Source: Geosiphon pyriformis uo1 (Eukaryota; Fungi; Glomeromycota). Taken from it: 64,000 bases of DNA. Shown here piece after piece: positions 61,101 through 64,000 of the stretch (position 1 is the stretch's first letter; each line of letters opens with the position of its first letter). The stretch spans positions 748,373 to 812,372 of the forward strand of contig JAAOMT010000003.1 in the NCBI GenBank assembly GCA_016748015.1. Direction: 5' to 3'. The translations under genes and the position numbers were made by a program. Under the pieces are notes generated by a model. The model saw only the letters and a program-made list of their open reading frames with translations, was not told the DNA's origin and did not search any database.

Positions 61101-64000
61101 ATTACTCAATAGAGTTGAAGATTGGTAATGGTAATATATTAACTGATCTTCAGTTTTTCAAACCAACAATCAAAATTATATCAGTGGAGTTTGAGAAATG
61201 AATACACCCAAAACCCAAATTTTTAAAATTATTTAAGTTTCTTAGTTACTCCAAAAGATACCCAATTCAACAAACAAAAAATTAATCAAAACTAACAACT
61301 ACTTACTAATAATATTCTATCTGCAACTGTCATAGAAAACAAATTACTTGCTGCAATATTCTCTTTTAAAATAAAAATCTCATTAAAAACACTATTATTC
61401 AGTAGAGCCACTCTTAACACCAAACCAATTACCATAATATATACCAACACTAAAGTTGATGACTACTCTATTAAGCTAATCCTTAATAGTGGTTCAGCAG
61501 ACAGCATTATCACATAACAACTTATAGACCAATTAGATCATCAAGTTGATCACACTGCCAATGCCAAAATTATTACCACTAATGAAATGATGAAAACACT
61601 CATTGATAAGATTAATGACTTTTTATTTGAAGTTAACAGCATCACAGCACTGATCAAAGTATTGGTAATAAAAGCCATATAGTATTAAGCTCTTATTGGT
61701 AATAACTGGCTGTTCAAAATCAATGCTATGTTTAATTAGAATACCCAAAAGCTACAGCTTAGTTATGATAATTTACAAACTCAAATACCTGCTACTTGTG
61801 ATCATTTCTGAACAAACATTACTATACTAACACCATTACTAATTGAATTAGAAACAGAAAAAAAAAACCTAATTGGAAAGCATATTAAGTATTGTGGATT
61901 AAAGAAAACCATAACAAGCTACTACTAATCCTATTGTGAAATAACAAAGAAAAAAGAAAAAAGGAGGATAAACCACAAACCACTACCAATACTAGCAAAA
62001 TTGTTAACAATTAGCACACACTATATTCAGTAGATATAAAGAAAAAACCACTTTATATTCTTCTCAAATGTATTAACTATTAATAAAACTTTTTATTTAT
62101 AAAAGCTTGGATAGTGCTAGATAAGAACTACTGGACATGTATCTGTTATTATTGCAAACCATGCTATTAAAAACATTTTGGTTATTCAAAACAACAAGGA
62201 AAGTAAGACAATGAATCATGTTTTGCTTGCAAAGAAATGCTATTTGATAAAAAAATATGAAACAACATTTCTGGTTAAGAAGAAATGTGTAATACATCAT
62301 GTTAATATATGATCTTTATTAATAATTAGATAAGTTAAGAAACACTTTTTAATATTGTATAAAATCAAATACTTTTATGTTTAGACAGTTATCTACACAA
62401 TAAAGACAAAATCTGGCAAATAGCAAATGCCAAAGTCAAGAATGCTTTGTCCAATAAAATATTGGCAATTAACTTACCAAAACCAGTTAAAACTATTCTT
62501 ATTTCGAATCCAGATGCATTTTTTGATATCTTAGGTAATCCAGAATAATTTTATAAACACTACCAAGACTTAGCACCTACTAGAGAAAAACAAAAACAGT
62601 GTTTGAAACAATTAAACACAAAACTGTGTAAATATTGCCTAATTCTCAATGATTTCGATTATTGTAATAATTGTAATCTTATTTACAATCTACTATCATA
62701 CATAATCTATTCAATCTCTGAAGAAGAAGAACTAATTAGTGAGTACATATTGGAATCAAAATCAAAAATTAATCACAATTCAAACTCTAACAATAATAAC
62801 AACAATGATTCTAACTCTCTTCACTACAGTAATGACAATGATGATTCAAACTTTAATTACAACCCCAAACAATATATTGTATTTTCAGATCTAGCAATGA
62901 AGCAAGAACTCAAATAGTTTAATAATAACAATGAAGGTATTATGCCAAAACATATACATAATATCAATACAGAGTTTGATTTTAAATATCTAAAAAAAAC
63001 TGTCATCAGATTGAAACCATATTTATATACCAGTATAGATCTGAAAATAGTATTGGAAATTTCAGCAACAATAATAGTTTAACTAGCTTTTAGATATAGC
63101 TTAGCAAAAAAAAAGATTAATATTAGAAAAAAAATAATTGATACAAGATATGTAGAAAATATTATTGTAATGCTACAAAATAATTCAGAAAAAAAATACA
63201 TTATTAAACCAAACAAAAAAATAGCACAGGCAATATTTTTGTCTCTGGTTAAAATAGTTTAATTAGTATTAATAAAAAAAAGAGAAGAATTAAGGATCAC
63301 AACCAGAGGAAAAAATGAATTCAGATTAACAGGTAGAATAAATATACCAATTAATATAACAGAAAAGAAACCAATTAATAAGAGAGAAATTATTTCTATT
63401 AATTAATCAATTTCTATTCCACTATATGACCAGTATATATTAGTAATAAAGAGAAAAATAAAAGACCAGTCTCAGATATTTGAAGTAAAACCAACTATTT
63501 GTAAATTAGAAAAGATTAGAATTACCAATTTCTATATACCAGCCAAGAACAATAAACACATTAAAATTCTTATTTATAATACAACTAGAAACACCATTAA
63601 AATACCAAGCAGACTTACTATCAAATACTTAAGCACTAAAGTTGAGAACCATCTACCAAACATCATTCCAGATTTTTCACAACTGTATAAATATGTGGAT
63701 ATTATATCACAAACTATTTACAAACAAAAAGAATGTTATTTGCTTCAATTAGAACAACTAAAGCAAATAAACTTGTAAAATTTAGACTTATTTTAACATA
63801 TACAACTCAAAATACTATTTAACAATTTTATTAACATTTTTGTCAGTAAAAATAAATTTGGCAGAACTAACATTATTTAGCTTAAATTAAAACTAAAGAT
63901 GTAATGCCAATAAAACAATAAGTGTACAAAATACTACCAGCAAGCCATAAAATTATTTGACAAAAAATCAACAGAATATTGAACAATGAGTTAATTCAAC
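58187..64000 (+). mobile_element. Degraded Ty3/Gypsy family 2 element (5' LTR 58187-59133, gag, PR, Cys-rich domain, dUTPase, start of RT); runs off the right edge
   Basis: LTR starts TGTTA; PBS-like TTTGGTGCT at 59134; gag about 60050-60650; protease IKLILNSGSADSII about 61470; dUTPase remnant about 62915-63335. Confidence 0.85.

Overview
Eukaryotic, fungal-like genomic DNA. Intron style, AT content and TE types suggest an early-diverging fungus, possibly Glomeromycotina (inference). There is one host gene, an intron-rich SMC1 cohesin gene (minus strand, 4917-10830, about 27 exons). Almost everything else is retrotransposon. (i) A LINE family with ORF1 (2xRRM + CCHC) and ORF2 (APE endonuclease-RT-RNase H-Zn finger), an ATGA stop/start overlap, a structured 3'UTR and a poly(A) tail occurs in about 10 copies, ranging from nearly intact to AT-rich 'ghosts'. 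(ii) Three LTR families occur, two of them clearly Ty3/Gypsy, with 4-bp TSDs where both flanks are visible. One complete 9.9-kb element (31380-41277) encodes a single-frame gag-pol with a Cys-rich domain and dUTPase between protease and RT, plus an extra ORF after integrase. Target-site duplications allow about 34 kb (11.2-45.1 kb) to be rebuilt as one ancient LINE carrying seven nested insertions. The repeats are inactivated almost only by C>T/G>A transitions, with very few indels and severity rising with nesting age, which suggests RIP-like or methylation-driven hypermutation.
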